A DNA stretch of 64,000 bases from Podarcis muralis (lineage: Eukaryota), in NCBI RefSeq assembly GCF_964188315.1, contig NC_135655.1, positions 68,820,001-68,884,000 on the forward strand. The letters are read 5' to 3'. The translations under genes and the position numbers were made by a program. Below the pieces are notes generated by a model. The model saw only the letters and a list, made by a program, of their open reading frames with translations, was not told the origin of the DNA and did not search any database. Numbering within the stretch: position 1 is the stretch's first letter; each line of letters starts with the position of its first letter. Below are positions 36,758 to 50,770 of the stretch, piece after piece.

Positions 36758-37011
36758 GAGAGCCAGTGTGGTGTAGTGGTTAAGAGCGGTAGTCTCGTAA
36801 TCTGGGGAACTGGGTTCGCGTCTCCACTCCTCCACATGCAGCTGCTGGGTGATCTTGGGCCAGTCACACTTCTTTGAAGTCTCTCAGCCCCACTCACCTC
36901 ACAGAGTGTTTGTTGTGGGGGAGGAAGGGAAAGGAGAATGTTAGCCGCTTTGAGACTCCTGAAGGGGAGTGAAAGGTGGGATATCAAATCCAAACTCTTC
37001 TTCTTCTTCTT
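36758..37011 (+). mobile_element. tRNA-derived SINE, Squam1/POM-like (lacertid)
   Basis: A-box TGGTGTAGTGG, B-box-like GGGTTCGCGTCTCC, body GGTGATCTTGGGCCAGTCAC, (TTC)n tail. Confidence 0.8.
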
Positions 37012-39691
37012 AACCATTCCCAATTCTAAGCATGTTAACTCTGAAGTAAGTCCCACTGACTTCAGTTGGACTTACTTCCAGATTGGTTTATTATATTTAT
37101 TTATTTATTTATTTATTCCCCGCCCATCTGGCTGGGCTTCCCCAGCCACTCTGGGTGGCTTCCAAAAAAATATTAAAATACTGTAATACATCAAACATTA
37201 AAAGCTTCCCTAAACAGGGCTTTAGTACTGCAGACTGGCAGGTAGGTTATAATATCCCAATTTACGGGCAGCAAACCAAGGCTGTGATTAACTATAACCA
37301 GGGTTGTACATTGATGAATAAATGGTTGAGCAGGAGGCTTCTGTGGTCAAAGGGCAGCTAACATTTGGATCACTTAAGAATGCACTTTTGCAAAGGATTC
37401 CAAAATATCAAGGAGAAAAGCTTTGGCTTCCGACCTTTAGGGTCAATGTGGCATAACTTATGAAGAAGAAGCAAGCAGCAGTGGATAGAAACAGTATATT
37501 GTGCAGTGAAGAATGAAATTGATGTTCTAGTCTGCTGAAAACATAGCTTCACTTCCACTTGGAAATTCAGCATCGTTTGTTTTTTTTTGCCAAAGGCAAG
37601 GAAACTCTAATATTAGACTATGTACATGAATCATGTACACAAGTTGATAACAGCAACAAAATAATTTGAAACTATACACTGCAATGCTAACTTCTGGACA
37701 CCATTAAAAATGAGACCTTCGCTTACCAACAAGTCAAGAAGTTAGCTACACAGTAATTGAAATGTTCCTTATTGTAAACTAATTTCTATACAACTCATAT
37801 ACTCAGATTGAGTCTACTATTCTAAATGGGAGTCTTAGACTTTTGATACAGACCTCAATTTCCCAAGTTTAATTAATGTCCAAACCACTCACAAACATGT
37901 GGAAGTAAAACAGGTTATAGCACTTTTAAAATGTACGGTATCTCTGCACAATACTGGACAGAGCTAGTATAAGCCTATATAAGGACCCCTATGCTAGGGG
38001 GTCGGTCTTAAGGAAGATACATATTTACAAGATTTAAAGAGTTGTCCCATTTGTTCAGGCAATCCATATGGACAACACAGCTGCAATACATTTGTTTGGA
38101 AAGGGAGTGGAAATGGAGTGGGTTCTATCGCCTGTCTTACTAAGACAATCCCCCATCACAATGAGGGACACAACACCTGACCAAAATGGAATCAGCATGG
38201 AAATGCCTCACAAACTTTATAGTTTCCCACTCTTATTGGTGAATCATGGTCTCCAGTGAGGTGAGCCATTATCAGACCATCACAACCATTCATGACCCTG
38301 AGGTAAAAAGTTTGTGGCAAGAACTGTAGCAAACTGCCTAGCTGCTCTCTAACTGAATGGAGGGTTAGCAAATTAATAAAGTCAGTCAAATGATGTGAAA
38401 CTACATGCAAAAAAGATGTATTTTCTGTAGCAGTTTTTCATGTGTGGTTAATTTGTTTTCACACACGTTATAAATAAAGCTTGCCTCCCTACTAAAATAA
38501 AGCACTGTTTCCACTGGATTTAACCACAACTAAGAATATCCACATGAAAGCAGGGTTGTTTTTAATTATATTTTCTGCAGAGATGTCACTTGCTTTTGAG
38601 ATGGCAAATACATAAGGAAAAAAAATACTTGTTCTTTTTCAGTTCCTTGGCATGAATATTTAGACAAAGGCAATGTTCTTCCCAGTAAAGACCAAAAGCG
38701 GGCAGGTGGTTGAACAGATTGGGAGAGTGGGTTGGTGAAACTGGCATCAAATACTAATTTGCAGTTGCAGGAAATGGCTATAATGAGATTGATTAAAAAT
38801 CAGGGGGTGTGCAACCTTCCCTCTGTCTCCTTTAATCTGGGCACATATTTATTAGCAGGTAATGAATCATACTCAGAGAAATCTACAGGCTATAATATAC
38901 TTATTACATACTGCTTAGTGATTATTTGACAAGAACAAAGATTTAAAGGCACTTTAAGCTCAAGAGTGGTCTGAGACATCCAGATAAAGCAAGGCAAATA
39001 TCTTCATTGTTCCAGTACTGAAAACTAGCTATTAAATGACACAGATTACATTATTATGCTAGAAATTCAAAGAGAGATAAAGATGTTGCTGTACCAAGTT
39101 GTGGTATACAGCCTTATGCTCAATGACACTTACTCTGAGTAGACATGTTTAGGATTGTGCTGGAAGGCAATGCTACAAGTATGCATCAAGCACACATGAG
39201 GTAAATACACTCCCCTGAGCAAGAACACAAACAGAAATTAATCTGACACTATGAAGCTCTGCTGATGTGAACAGCTGGTTGGGTTGGGGAAAACACATAG
39301 AAAAAAATTAACTTTGCTGCACTTTAAGGCAGTAATATGAACACACTGTAAGATAGTGGGGGCAGGGTTTTGTGCCATATCTATGCATTAGGGTCTCAGA
39401 GGCAGCACAACCAGTTCCTCTGCACTGGGCATTGAACAGGCCGCAATGTACTACAACTATGATGTAGCGAATTGAGCAGAAAGGAAGGCAAGAGGCCAGG
39501 GTGCCAAATTTTGGGCTCACACAGGGTACCATTTGAAAGACCAAAGCCTGCCCCTGAGGGTGTACTAGGGTGGACAGATAGATGCAGAAGAAAACTCTAC
39601 CTTTAATAGTTGTGTAGAAAATGAAACATGTGGCATACCTGCTGAAATTCCTTCTTCTACAGAGCTACTAAATGGCAGGAACTTTGTAGTA

Positions 39692-39917
39692 CAGTGGTAC
39701 CTCAGGTTAAGTACTTAATTCGTTCTGGAGGTCCATACTTAACATGAAACTGTTCTTAACCTGAAGCACCACTTTAGCTAATGGGGCCTCCTGCTGCTGC
39801 CGTGCCGCCGGAGCACGATTTCTGTTCTCATCCTGAAGCAAAGTTCTTAACCTGAAGCACTATTTCTGGGTTAGGGGAGTCTGTAACCTGAAGCGTATGT
39901 AACCCGAGGTACCACGG
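39692..39917 (-). mobile_element. Tc1/mariner-type MITE, copy 1 (strand is relative to copies 2 and 3)
   Basis: TA-flanked; TIR CAGTGGTACCTC(A/G)GGTT; reverse complement of the copies at 57486 and 59202. Confidence 0.9.
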
Positions 39918-40289
39918 TATTAGAACAACCAAATAAAGGTTGTTCAGCCATATGCAATGAGGATTTCCCTCAAAATGAGTAACTTAAAAAGGGCTACAAC
40001 AGTCTAGTATAGCTTGAGCTGCTTTGGAAAGTCCCCTACTGTAAGCGTTCACAAATTTGCAGCAACAATCAAGTTGTACTTTTATGTGACATGCCTCTTT
40101 ATAAGCTTTTACCATGAACGCATTAAGCTCGCCAACGTCCACCCGGCAAACAGCTGTTGAAGAAACAAAAGCCAGACCAGAAAAAGACAATGCTGCAATA
40201 TCAATTCAGGTCTCCACCTCTGGGGCCTCGATTCTGACTCGTGGCAGCAGCATCAGGAAAATGAATGGAGGGAGGTACAGAAGTGGCAA

Positions 40290-41230
40290 AATGGATTTGG
40301 GGGAGCGCGGCGGGAGGAAACTACGCCCCAAAAGTAAGATTTCGGCAAGAGAAATAATAAAAGCATTTCACATGAACGCTCTCATCTTAAAACACTTCCC
40401 CCCCCCCGCCGGCAAATCCTCTTGGTTTCGATCGAGCTAACTTTCAAGTAAGCATATTTAAGGTCTGGAGTCTCAATTTTGACGTCCAGTTTCCCAGAGG
40501 AGAAGCGCTGCTCCTTCAGGAAACCCCGCCGAGGCCTTGTCGCGGGGGCTGAGGGGAGCCGCCTCCGTCTCTACTAGCAAAAAGCAGGCGACGGAACTCG
40601 AGTGAGAGACGAAGAGGGCCACACCGCCGGTTTTATCTCCTCGCGTGATTTCGCCGTAAGGCCGCGAGACTGCCCTTCGAGCAGTGGGCGGTGGGAGGAG
40701 AGCCCTTTCCCGAAAAGGAAGGCCCCGCGGCGTCACGTGACGAGGCGCGGACGGGCCCGAGCCTCTGTCGAAGGCGGAAGTCGGGATGGTTCCGGAGCTG
40801 GGAGTTCGCGCCCCGCCTCGGCGGCGATAAGGGGAGGGTCTCTGGGTTGGCTCGGCGCGGGAGTCGGGCATGGCGGCCCCGGGAGGAGCGCGGGCGGCGC
40901 TGTGCGCGCTCCTGGCTCTGGCCGCGCTCGCCGGGCACGTAGCCGGCGAAAAGGTATGCGACGCACGCGACCCCTCCCCGTCCGTTCCCGTGGCGCTCGC
41001 GCTCCCTCTCCCTCCACTGAGTCCGCCCGCTTCCTCTCCAGTCCCCGGAATATCTCTGAATCTAGGAGGCAGCGGCAGCGGAAGCCGCCCTCTCCGGAGG
41101 GTTATGCACAAAAAAGAGCTTATGTTCAAAAGGCCAGGGCTTGTCAAATCCATACATTTAGGGAATAAGGCGTCCCCGCTTCCCCACCACCCGCAACGCC
41201 GGGACTGTCAATCTCACCTCCGTCACTGAC
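40290..41230. promoter_or_regulatory. TMEM9B CpG-island promoter with CLEAR/E-box, ETS and GC-box motifs
   Basis: Dense CpG and high GC; GTCACGTGAC at 40732-40741; CGGAAGT at 40775-40781; CCCCGCC near 40810. Confidence 0.85.
40870..40953 (+). CDS. TMEM9B: TMEM9B exon 1, signal peptide (model: 40870-40953, 42719-42810, 44865-44973, 46361-46495, 48153-48308; 576 nt, 191 aa)
   Basis: GGC ATG G Kozak context inside a CpG island; encodes MAAPGGARAALCALLALAALAGHVAGEK; donor AAG|GTATGC, phase 0. Confidence 0.92.
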
Positions 41231-41744
41231 GCTTGTTTTCTAGTTATCGACGACTTTTAACTTCTGAAAATGCATATTTCTACAGCACTCTTAAAATATC
41301 CCTTAAGCAGAATGCATGTAGGAGCTCTCCTTCAAAAAGAAAAGAAAAAGTGGTAGGGCGAGGTAGGAGGATTGCAAAGCACAGCAGAAAGAATCGGTTT
41401 TCGGACAGGGAGGTTTTTGCAATGTGTTTATCCGATTTACCCCACCCCGAAATGTTTGTCGTTTTCTCATCTCAGATGCCGTGAAGAGCAAAGGGAGGCA
41501 TTTTGCTTAAGCTTATAATTACAAACATGTTCAACTTCGAAATACATTCCACTTAACTGAATAGTATTTGATGTTGACTTGGGCTTGTTGAGAGTTTCAG
41601 TGGCCACCTTTAGTTTTAGCATCATGTTTGTGGCCAACAGCAGTTACTATGGATTTTTATGATGCTTCTAATTCTGACTGCTGTCTTGCATTCCTATCCT
41701 TTGTTCATGTTGTCATCTTGTGTATTTAGACATCTGTAGATGTC

Positions 41745-42110
41745 TTCTTTTCTTCTTCTTTGGCAATCACTCATAGCCTAGTAAAATTGACTTCCATGAA
41801 CACAGTCTTAGCAATGTGTCCATAAGTGACTGTGGAGGCCATAGGTTTCTGGGTGAGGATTTGACGTGCCTTACTCTTAGCCTTACTCGTTTCTCCCTTT
41901 CCTCCTGAGTTCATGTTCAAAGTCCATGACGCCTTTGGTAAAGGCTATTCTCCAATTGCATGCTTGCAGACTGCATTTTGAAGATTTGCCTCAAGAGCGT
42001 CTTTAAACCAGTATTTTGCTTTCCATTCTTAAGTTGGGAATAGAGTAGTTGCTTTGGAAGATGATAGTCAGGCATCTGAACCACATGACCAATGTAGGAG
42101 TTGTTTTTAA
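41745..42110 (-). mobile_element. RTE-clade LINE 3' fragment
   Basis: Minus-strand remnant GHVVQMPDYHLPKQLLYSQLKNGK, the RTE ORF C-terminal motif; (TTC)n tail on +. Confidence 0.75.
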
Positions 42111-42655
42111 AATTCAAGCACAACTGGTTGTGTTTGGGTGTTTCATGATGAGTTGTGGTGTATAAACTGGTATAAAAGATTGCCTGCCTAGATGGCTTTG
42201 AGGAACAGTGGGAAATGGAAGATATTTTGTGTTGGAGTGGGGGATGTCAGAATCCCTGGGTTTATTGCTGGAATTTAAAAGTGGAAAAAGTGTGTAACAA
42301 GATTTACCTTGTTTCTCAAAGCTGCTGAAAGGCTTCAAGGTACATAGCTTGAGGTGTGTTGGCTTCACATTAATACACTACCAAAGGAGGTAATCTATCT
42401 AGTTCCCATTTTTACAGTTCTAGTCAAACCAAGCATGGTTCAATTTATAGAGCCAAACATCTAATCAGAAGTGTAATTTTTGTGAAGTTTTCTTTCTCTT
42501 ATTCATTTTTTGAAGGTAGGTTGAAGCCTTTGAAGACATATATAAATTCCAACAGGGTAAAAATCATAAACACTCTGTAAAAAGAGATGCACTATTGTCA
42601 TTATACATCATTTATACTCTTAAGTATTATTTTTTCAACATGTTTCTCCTGTTGA

Positions 42656-42811
<156 letters not shown>

Positions 42812-43859
42812 TAAGTATATGACACTTTTGTCTTGTTCTTGTACTCTTAACTAAAATTTTTGCCCTTTATTTAATTGCCATTTCAAAGGTACTGTTGTTG
42901 ATACAGAATTTTGTAATGTGGAAATTAATCCTTATGCTGAACCTAAAGGAGCAGTAAAGGCAAAAGATAAGGAGCTGTTGAATTTCAGGCTATTTAGTAA
43001 ACATAGGTAATAAACTATAGTTTCTTTTTTATGATGGAACTGAAATACAACAGCATTTATGAAAGAAAAGCCTTTAGTTCAAAAATGGTTTATTTTCAAA
43101 CACTTGCATTTAAGGCAATCAGACAAAACTCCAGTTCTAATAGTTTGGCATACCTTGAGTTGGCTGTCAAAAGTAGTCAAGCAAAGGCATGTGGGTTAGC
43201 CTAATTTGTATATATGAACTTGAAACAGTGGCTTTCATAGTGTCTTTCAATATATAGGGCAAGTCTTGGAGGGAAAAACAGTATTTCCTCTCAATGAATG
43301 CTAATACCTACACTGTGGTGCTTTTCTGTTAGCAGGGCCAGCATAGGGGCCCTTAGCATGGAGCAGACAATAGATCCAGAATACCCTCACCCAGTCATGG
43401 CGCAGGCTTACTTGTGGTGGCCACTGCTACCACTCTGAGGGTGGCAGCAACACCAAAACTACTCACTGCTTTCCACCATGGTCCCACACACGGTGGAGAG
43501 GCAAGAACACTTTTGAACAGAAGATGAGCTCTGCTCCCATTCAGTCTGGACTGTGGATCCATGAAAATCAATACATTTCATCGTAACATCCAGACATTAC
43601 GTTTTGGGTAACTTGAAAAATGGTGGGCGGCCACCGCAAATGGGAACTAAGCTTTGCTCTCTTTCAAAAGCAAGGCTGCTCCCTACTGCTAAAAAACATC
43701 CCGTAAAGAGATTAGTGAATGGTGACCTGGCCAGGTCAGGCTGGTGGCTGCTGGCACCGGTCCCGTCTATTAGTGTAGTGACTGGAAGCTTTTCTTCATG
43801 ACTAGCTACACCAATGTATAACATGCCCTTTGGCGATAGCTACTATATGTTCCTTAGAT

Positions 43860-43995
43860 CAGTGTTTCCCAACCTTGGGCCTCCAGCTGTTTTTGAACTA
43901 CAATTCCCATCATCCCTGACCACTGGTCTTGCTAGCTAGGGATGATGGGAGTTGTAGTCCAAAAACAGCTGGAGGCCCAAGGTTGGGAAACACTG
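43860..43995. mobile_element. hAT-type MITE (136 bp, nearly palindromic)
   Basis: TIRs CAGTGTTTCCCAACCTTGGGCCTCCAGCTG and its reverse complement; exact TSD CCTTAGAT at 43852-43859 and 43996-44003. Confidence 0.92.
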
Positions 43996-44796
43996 CCTTA
44001 GATGATACCAAAGTAATCCAACTGGATGAAGTTTGGTTTCATTTACAAACTTTAGGAAGTATGGTTTCATCTTCTTTCTGGCTCAACCCAGAATGATTAG
44101 ATGTCATAGGCATTAGCTTGGAAGGTTTTATGAGGCTAGTAGCATATTTATTTAATGCCTTTGCCATGTACTGAATCTCCTTAGGTTGGCCATCATGAAT
44201 TTGATCATTTGCCCTTGTCATTTGAACAATGCAGGAGTCAATACAAACAGAGTGGAACAATTAATAAATTAGCTGTGATAAGTAAGTGTTGTCCAGAAGG
44301 TATATGAAAGCAGCCATATACAAAGGACTTGTAAATTTGGTTTTTCATGCACATGTTCACTTTCATTGAGAAAAGTAAGTGCATTCTGGCATATACAGTT
44401 AAACCCTCTTCTAATGAAGATAAAGGGATGGTACAGTGCAGTTCCTCACAGTGTAAGCCTCATTCTGTGCTTGAAACCAGAGAAGAAAGGTTTCCATACC
44501 AATACTGTCTTGTCTGTATAGGATTAGGCTTTTAGTAGATCGTACAGGAAGAACGCATGGTAGTTCCATAAAAAGAGTGTATGGTATTTCACATGGTGGG
44601 AGAACTCTTAGATACTCCCATGCTGGCATTTGTACTCTAATGTGTTTTCCTCTTCCTAAGTGACTTAAGTTCTGTTGCACCAAATTAAATATTTAAGCAG
44701 ATCATTATTTGGGTTAAATGTCAATTATTTCTAACTTCCAAAAATATGAATAATAGGTTGTGAGTTCTTGATACATTCAGCATGTGTTCTCACTGA

Positions 44797-45036
<240 letters not shown>

Positions 45037-46360
45037 TAAGACTTTTGCCAAAATCCACATTTTAGATTAGACAAACCTATAAAGTAAAAGTTTGTATAGT
45101 AGAACCTACATAAATTGCATAAAAATCCTTCCAGAGAAAAAATATATACTAAAATCATGACTCTTGAGTATTATGTGTGTGATGCAGCAGCTACGGTAAT
45201 GGAATGTTGGTAGCTAGATTTTGAAGAACATTTTTGCCCTATATAATATTGATTCTGTACTTTGCTTAGTGTAAATAAGCCAGCTCTCCTATTTCGTTTC
45301 TTTCTACTAACCACAGTTAAGGGCTTTCTACAGTTTGTCCAGGTTCAGTTGTCACAATAAACTGCAGTTAAAATAGAAGCGGAAACTTGCAAACTCCTCA
45401 CAGCGATGCCAGAGGAGCACAGGGGGTACATGTGAGGTCAAAGAGTGTTATGGCTTGTCTTCATAATGCTAAACTATTGTTTAGCATCACTTGTGAATGC
45501 AGCCAGTCTCATGCTTCCTAGACCGTTTATCGGTCAACAATTTGTGATGTTTTTCTATCAAGCGACAATGGCTAGCCCCCATAGCACATGTTTTGCCAGT
45601 CAAGGCATGCTTAACAGGCATAGCATTTGGTCTATTGGTGTCAGTACCATAAATTATTTAAGTTATGATTGGAAGTAACATTAAGTGCTAAGAGTTAGTC
45701 ATGTTTAAATGCTCACATACAGTAAATCTGCCCACCCTGTTCATTTTTGTGTCCAGTTCTTGAATTGCTTAATATTTTGTTAATATTTTTGCAAGGCTGT
45801 TGTAACAGCATCAGAATTGCTTAATTTGTGCATCCAGCTTAACCTTTCTCTGCTGTGCTGACAGTGGCCTTGTTTATTGATGTACAGTCTGCTTTCATGG
45901 ATGGCATTCAAAGCAAGTTTGTGACAAGCTTTACATTGGAGCAGTCCAGGCCCCTCACCCGCTTGTTGATCTCTGCTCTCACAAATTCACTTTGTGCTGC
46001 ATCCAGAGGTTCTGTTTTTGCTGCTGTTTCCTGTTTTTTAAAGACTCAATTGGAATGGGCACCTGTTTAGCCATGATAAGTTTCTCTGAGAAAATGAACC
46101 CATATTATCTGAAGAAATTGAGTTTTGATTTTCCTACTCTTTAATCCCTTTGATAGCTTTGGTGCATTTTCTCTTTGTTTCACTTACTCATGCTAAATGC
46201 TTAAGTGGTTTAAAAGTCCATTTGGATACATTGCTGAGAATGGAATGCCTAAATGTTTACAATGCTGTAATAGACCGTTTGTTTCACTTGCCCAGCCAAC
46301 ATTCTCCCTGTTAGTGTGTTTTCAGATGGCATAACTGAACTATTGTCTTATGCCATGTAG

Positions 46361-46513
<153 letters not shown>

Positions 46514-48146
46514 TAATATTCAAAATCCATATGTTCAAGGTCCCTAGTTGCGAAATTTCAGGTTGAATTTTGATCGTTCAAAATTCTGTTGTAAAAATAC
46601 AACAGAAATATTGTTTTAAAAATATAATACTAAAATAGCAAATAGGCAACAACCCTTACATTGGAAATGGTACTAATCAGCAGACAGCAAATGCCATGGA
46701 AAACAAGAGTATCTTTGTTGATAGTGAAAGATGTACAAAGAATACCAGATGGAAGATGGTTTCAGAGGCTTGGCCCCAAACTTAAAAGTCCTGCTTTAAG
46801 TGGCAGTTCTTCACTGATCTTCCATAGCACAGAGGAATTATTGTTCAGTTGTCTACATCCTATTTCCCTGATAGTGAATAGGCGTGGTAAGGCGTATTAT
46901 ACATATGACCATGTCACATGTTATGCACGTGGTGATGGGTATGTATAAGATCCTGAAATACTCCTTCCCATGCTCCATCAGGTATAGGATATTTTAACCA
47001 GCTCAAATGTATTCCTGGGCTTGTGCAGGTGTTGTTTTAGGCAGCTTGTGTGACTTTTTCACTTAAAACCTGATGTCAGATTTCCAGATTTTTTAAAAAA
47101 AACCCTAAAGGCCTTGAAGTATTGCTGCTAAAGGTACTAGTCAGTTTTGACATGTTAACATGGTAAACAGTTCACAATGTGGATATTTAATCCTTAGTAT
47201 ATACCACATACTTGCCCTTCTCTAAAGCTAATCTTTAAAACACAGCTTAGTGCCCAAAATCTAAACAGTAGGTTTAGCATTGAATGTTGATGTTTATGAA
47301 TGGCATTCATCCAGTGGTATGTGTAATAGGGTGGCATGCATGCTTAACATAAATATAGTAGTTCAACTTTGTCACCTAAACAGCTGTATTTTTGCTTTTT
47401 TTTAAGATATTGAATATAAACATGTGTGCTCAGTATTATTTGACATCTTGGAGTGAGTACTCTAAACAGCTTCACAACAATAGGTGTTGCTGATTAGTAG
47501 TGTAGTTGCTTAGACAGAGTCGCAAGTGTGCTGGTAGTTTAAATTTCAACGCTATCTTACAAACTGAAGAATACACAGGATCCTTTTACTACTCCTGATA
47601 ATCTTGCACTGGAAAACAATTTATATTGGGTTTAACCAACATTAGTTGTACTAATGTTGGCTAGATACGCCTAATTTCATTACATTAATTTCAATGAGTA
47701 AAACATGGATACAATCTACTGGTGGTCTCAGGGAAGTATTAGTTGATTTTCAAGGCAGTATCCAATGAAGTAGTTCTGTTTGACTTAGGGCAAGGACTTT
47801 TGGCTGTGCAACAAAACTTCCCCTTCCTTCCATCTTCCCATGTGCACCTTAAACCTCTTCTGGGGTTTCCCTTCAACTCTCCAGAGCAGATTAGGGGAGG
47901 AGGCATGGGGTTGGGGGGTGAGAGAAGAAATAAAGAAAGTTCTATTGTGCAAGTAAAAATTCTCAAGCTCACAGAATCCTCAAGCTTCGACCCTAACTTT
48001 GCTATTTTTAATTGCCAAAGAATTGTGTTTGCAAAGTGAATGCACTTCATCTCATGCACAGCAGAAAAGGGGTTGCCAACTTCTGCAGCTGCAACTTCTG
48101 CGTGCTGAGCGATAACAGTTTAATAATGAAAACTTATCTCCCTTAA

Positions 48147-48308
<162 letters not shown>

Positions 48309-50004
48309 TAAGTAGAGTAATTATCACCAAATCGTGTTGGAGGAAAATTAATGGACGAAAGGAAAGTGCCAGATTGTTTTCCTGGTGTTCCACTTCATCG
48401 GAAGACCGTTTTTGCTCGTTAGCAGCAAAGGAAGCACAAACATGAGGGGAAGGAATATCTTCAAATATTTAACAAGCCAAAATCTTAGTACACCACTAAG
48501 TTGCTTTTACTAATAAAGCATAAGCTTATTATTTGTGTGCTAATTTTGACATTGAGAGATGATTCACTATGTTTCTTAAATGCAAGTTTCCCTAATATCT
48601 ATTTGAAGAAATGAGACGGTGTGCCACATTTCTGCTACAAGTGACTTTACATATTGAACTTTTATATATGTATATTTGTTCTTTTCTAACTGTCTGATGC
48701 TGTGTATCAAAAACCTGGGTCTTTCAGTATAGCTGTTGCATCTAAAACTGGCTGGTTGTATGCATTTTATTGCTTGCACCTCTGCAACTGTAAGACAGGG
48801 AACTCTAGAGACTTGAAGTGCTGTGTAAATGAAACAATGTAGAACAGAACAGGAAGTGTTGGACCTCCTCGGTTGCTTGCTAAGTGTCTACAATGTGATA
48901 TCTAAATTTATTCATCTAAATCTTAATAGTTGGTGGATGATAAGAATCTTTAAAAATTAGCTGGATAACAGAATGCGAATAAATTATTCAGAATCTTCTC
49001 TTGTCCTGGGAGTTAGTTATACTTGGAAAAATTATTTTGATTCCATAAAATTTGTCAAGTGAAGCATTTAAAAATGAAATACCATGTGGAATCCATCTGG
49101 GTATTTCAGTCATCAGGTCAGTGCATTTGAAGGCATTCATAGTTTTAAGGCTGGAATTGGCTAGTTTTAAGTTTTTTGGGGATTTGCAGGCAACTTTTTC
49201 CCCCCAAGTGCAACAAACAGACATCTGGGCCCTCTGGAACAATTACTGTCCAAGCAGCATTTCTGTTGTGGGAATATTTCAGTTTTCCAGAAGCAATATA
49301 TTGATGTTTGAAAAGGCAATCTCCCCTGCACCAAGCTAGTGTGCTTATTGCAGTTGTGGCTGCTTTGTACCTCTGCAAATAGTATCCACAGTTTCCATAA
49401 CTGATATACTTCCCCTATGCCCCAAACTTACACAGGTTGCTGAACTTCTTTATTGTGTGTTTCTGTGTTTTCGCTTTAGACGCTGAAAATCCTTTTAATG
49501 TCCCACAGCAGCATGGGAATGCTCATCTTGTCCTTCAGCAAGAACAAAAATGAATCCATTGCAGTGCTATGTATCTCTCCCCCCCCCCCTACAGCTGTGC
49601 TCAACCATTTCAAAACCATTGTGCTTTTCTTTCTTTTTGGCTATGAGCATTCATCTTGATTGGTCATTAATTTGAAGAGAACAAGGAAAGATTTCTTTGT
49701 CAGAGCAATACTTTCAAAATGCATTTGAAGCCATGCTGTAATTACAACACTTGTGGGGTGTGTATCCAAGTCTTGATTTGACCAAAGCCTGTTATTATTC
49801 CTTCATCCTAAGGTAGGGTGTTTAAACCTGGTTTGTTTTGTCAGTGTGAGGACTTGAAGGTTTGGCTTGGTGGTGGTAATTTAAGTACATAGCCAACTAA
49901 GGGGCCTAGCCAATGTTCGTCATTAATGTAAGTAAACCCATTGATGTCACTGGACTTAATTCTATTGATTTCAAAGAGTCTATGCGGAATATAACCTAGA
50001 TTCA

Positions 50005-50092
50005 GTTGCAATTCTATAGACGTCTGCTCAGAATTAAGTCTTGCTGAGTTCAATGAGACCTTCACCCAGATAAGCGGCCATAGAATTGCAAC
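50005..50092. mobile_element. ~88-bp hairpin MITE (related degraded copies near 11265, 21770, 37020, 39120, 60040)
   Basis: Perfect 13-bp TIR GTTGCAATTCTAT / ATAGAATTGCAAC. Confidence 0.65.
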
Positions 50093-50408
50093 CCTAATTC
50101 TCTTGGGCCTAAACATACTTGGCAAAAACAAGTTTTCTCCCAAAAACCTAAGCTGTGATCAAATTTGCATTTGTGCAATGGTACTTTTAACCACCTCCTT
50201 TCATTTTGTAGCCTCTGGTGCTCCCTAAAAAGCAGCATTATTTTTAGACTGCTTTTCTGCCTGAAAGCCCTTAAAGCAGCTTACAACAATGAAAGCAAAA
50301 TAAATCGCCCCATTACAATTACTGAAAACATAATGCAGCAGAGTATAATAGTGACTGTAGTACCGCAGTAAGGCAAAATAGTCAGGGCAACATGAATTCC
50401 TCAGTGCC

Positions 50409-50770
50409 AAAGGTAAAGGTAAAGGTACCCCTGCCCGTACGGGCCAGTCTTGCCAGACTCTAGGGTTGTGCGCTCATCTCACTATATAGGCCGGGAGCCA
50501 GCGCTGTCCGGAGACACTTCCGGGTCACGTGGCCAGCGTGACAAGCTGCATCTGGCGAGCCAGCGCAGCACACGGAACGCCATTTACCTTCCCGCTGGTA
50601 AGCGGTCCCTATTTATCTACTTGCACCCGGGGGTGCTTTCGAACTGCTAGGTTGGCAGGCGCTGGGACCGAGCAACAGGAGCGCACCCCGCAGCGGGGAT
50701 TTGAACCGCCGACCTTTCGATCGGCAAGTCCTAGGTGCTGAGGCTTTAACCCACAGCGCCACCCGCGTCC
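50409..50770 (-). mobile_element. Sauria SINE, full length, CpG-rich (young), inside an older L2-like relic
   Basis: (AAAGGT)3 tail, intact head CAGCGCCACCCGCGTCC, many undecayed CpGs; CCAAAGG at both flanks. Confidence 0.92.

Noticed and set aside
40473-41229. Multiple long ORFs over the TMEM9B CpG island
   Set aside because: GC-rich artefacts; only 40870-40953 splices in frame to TMEM9B exon 2.
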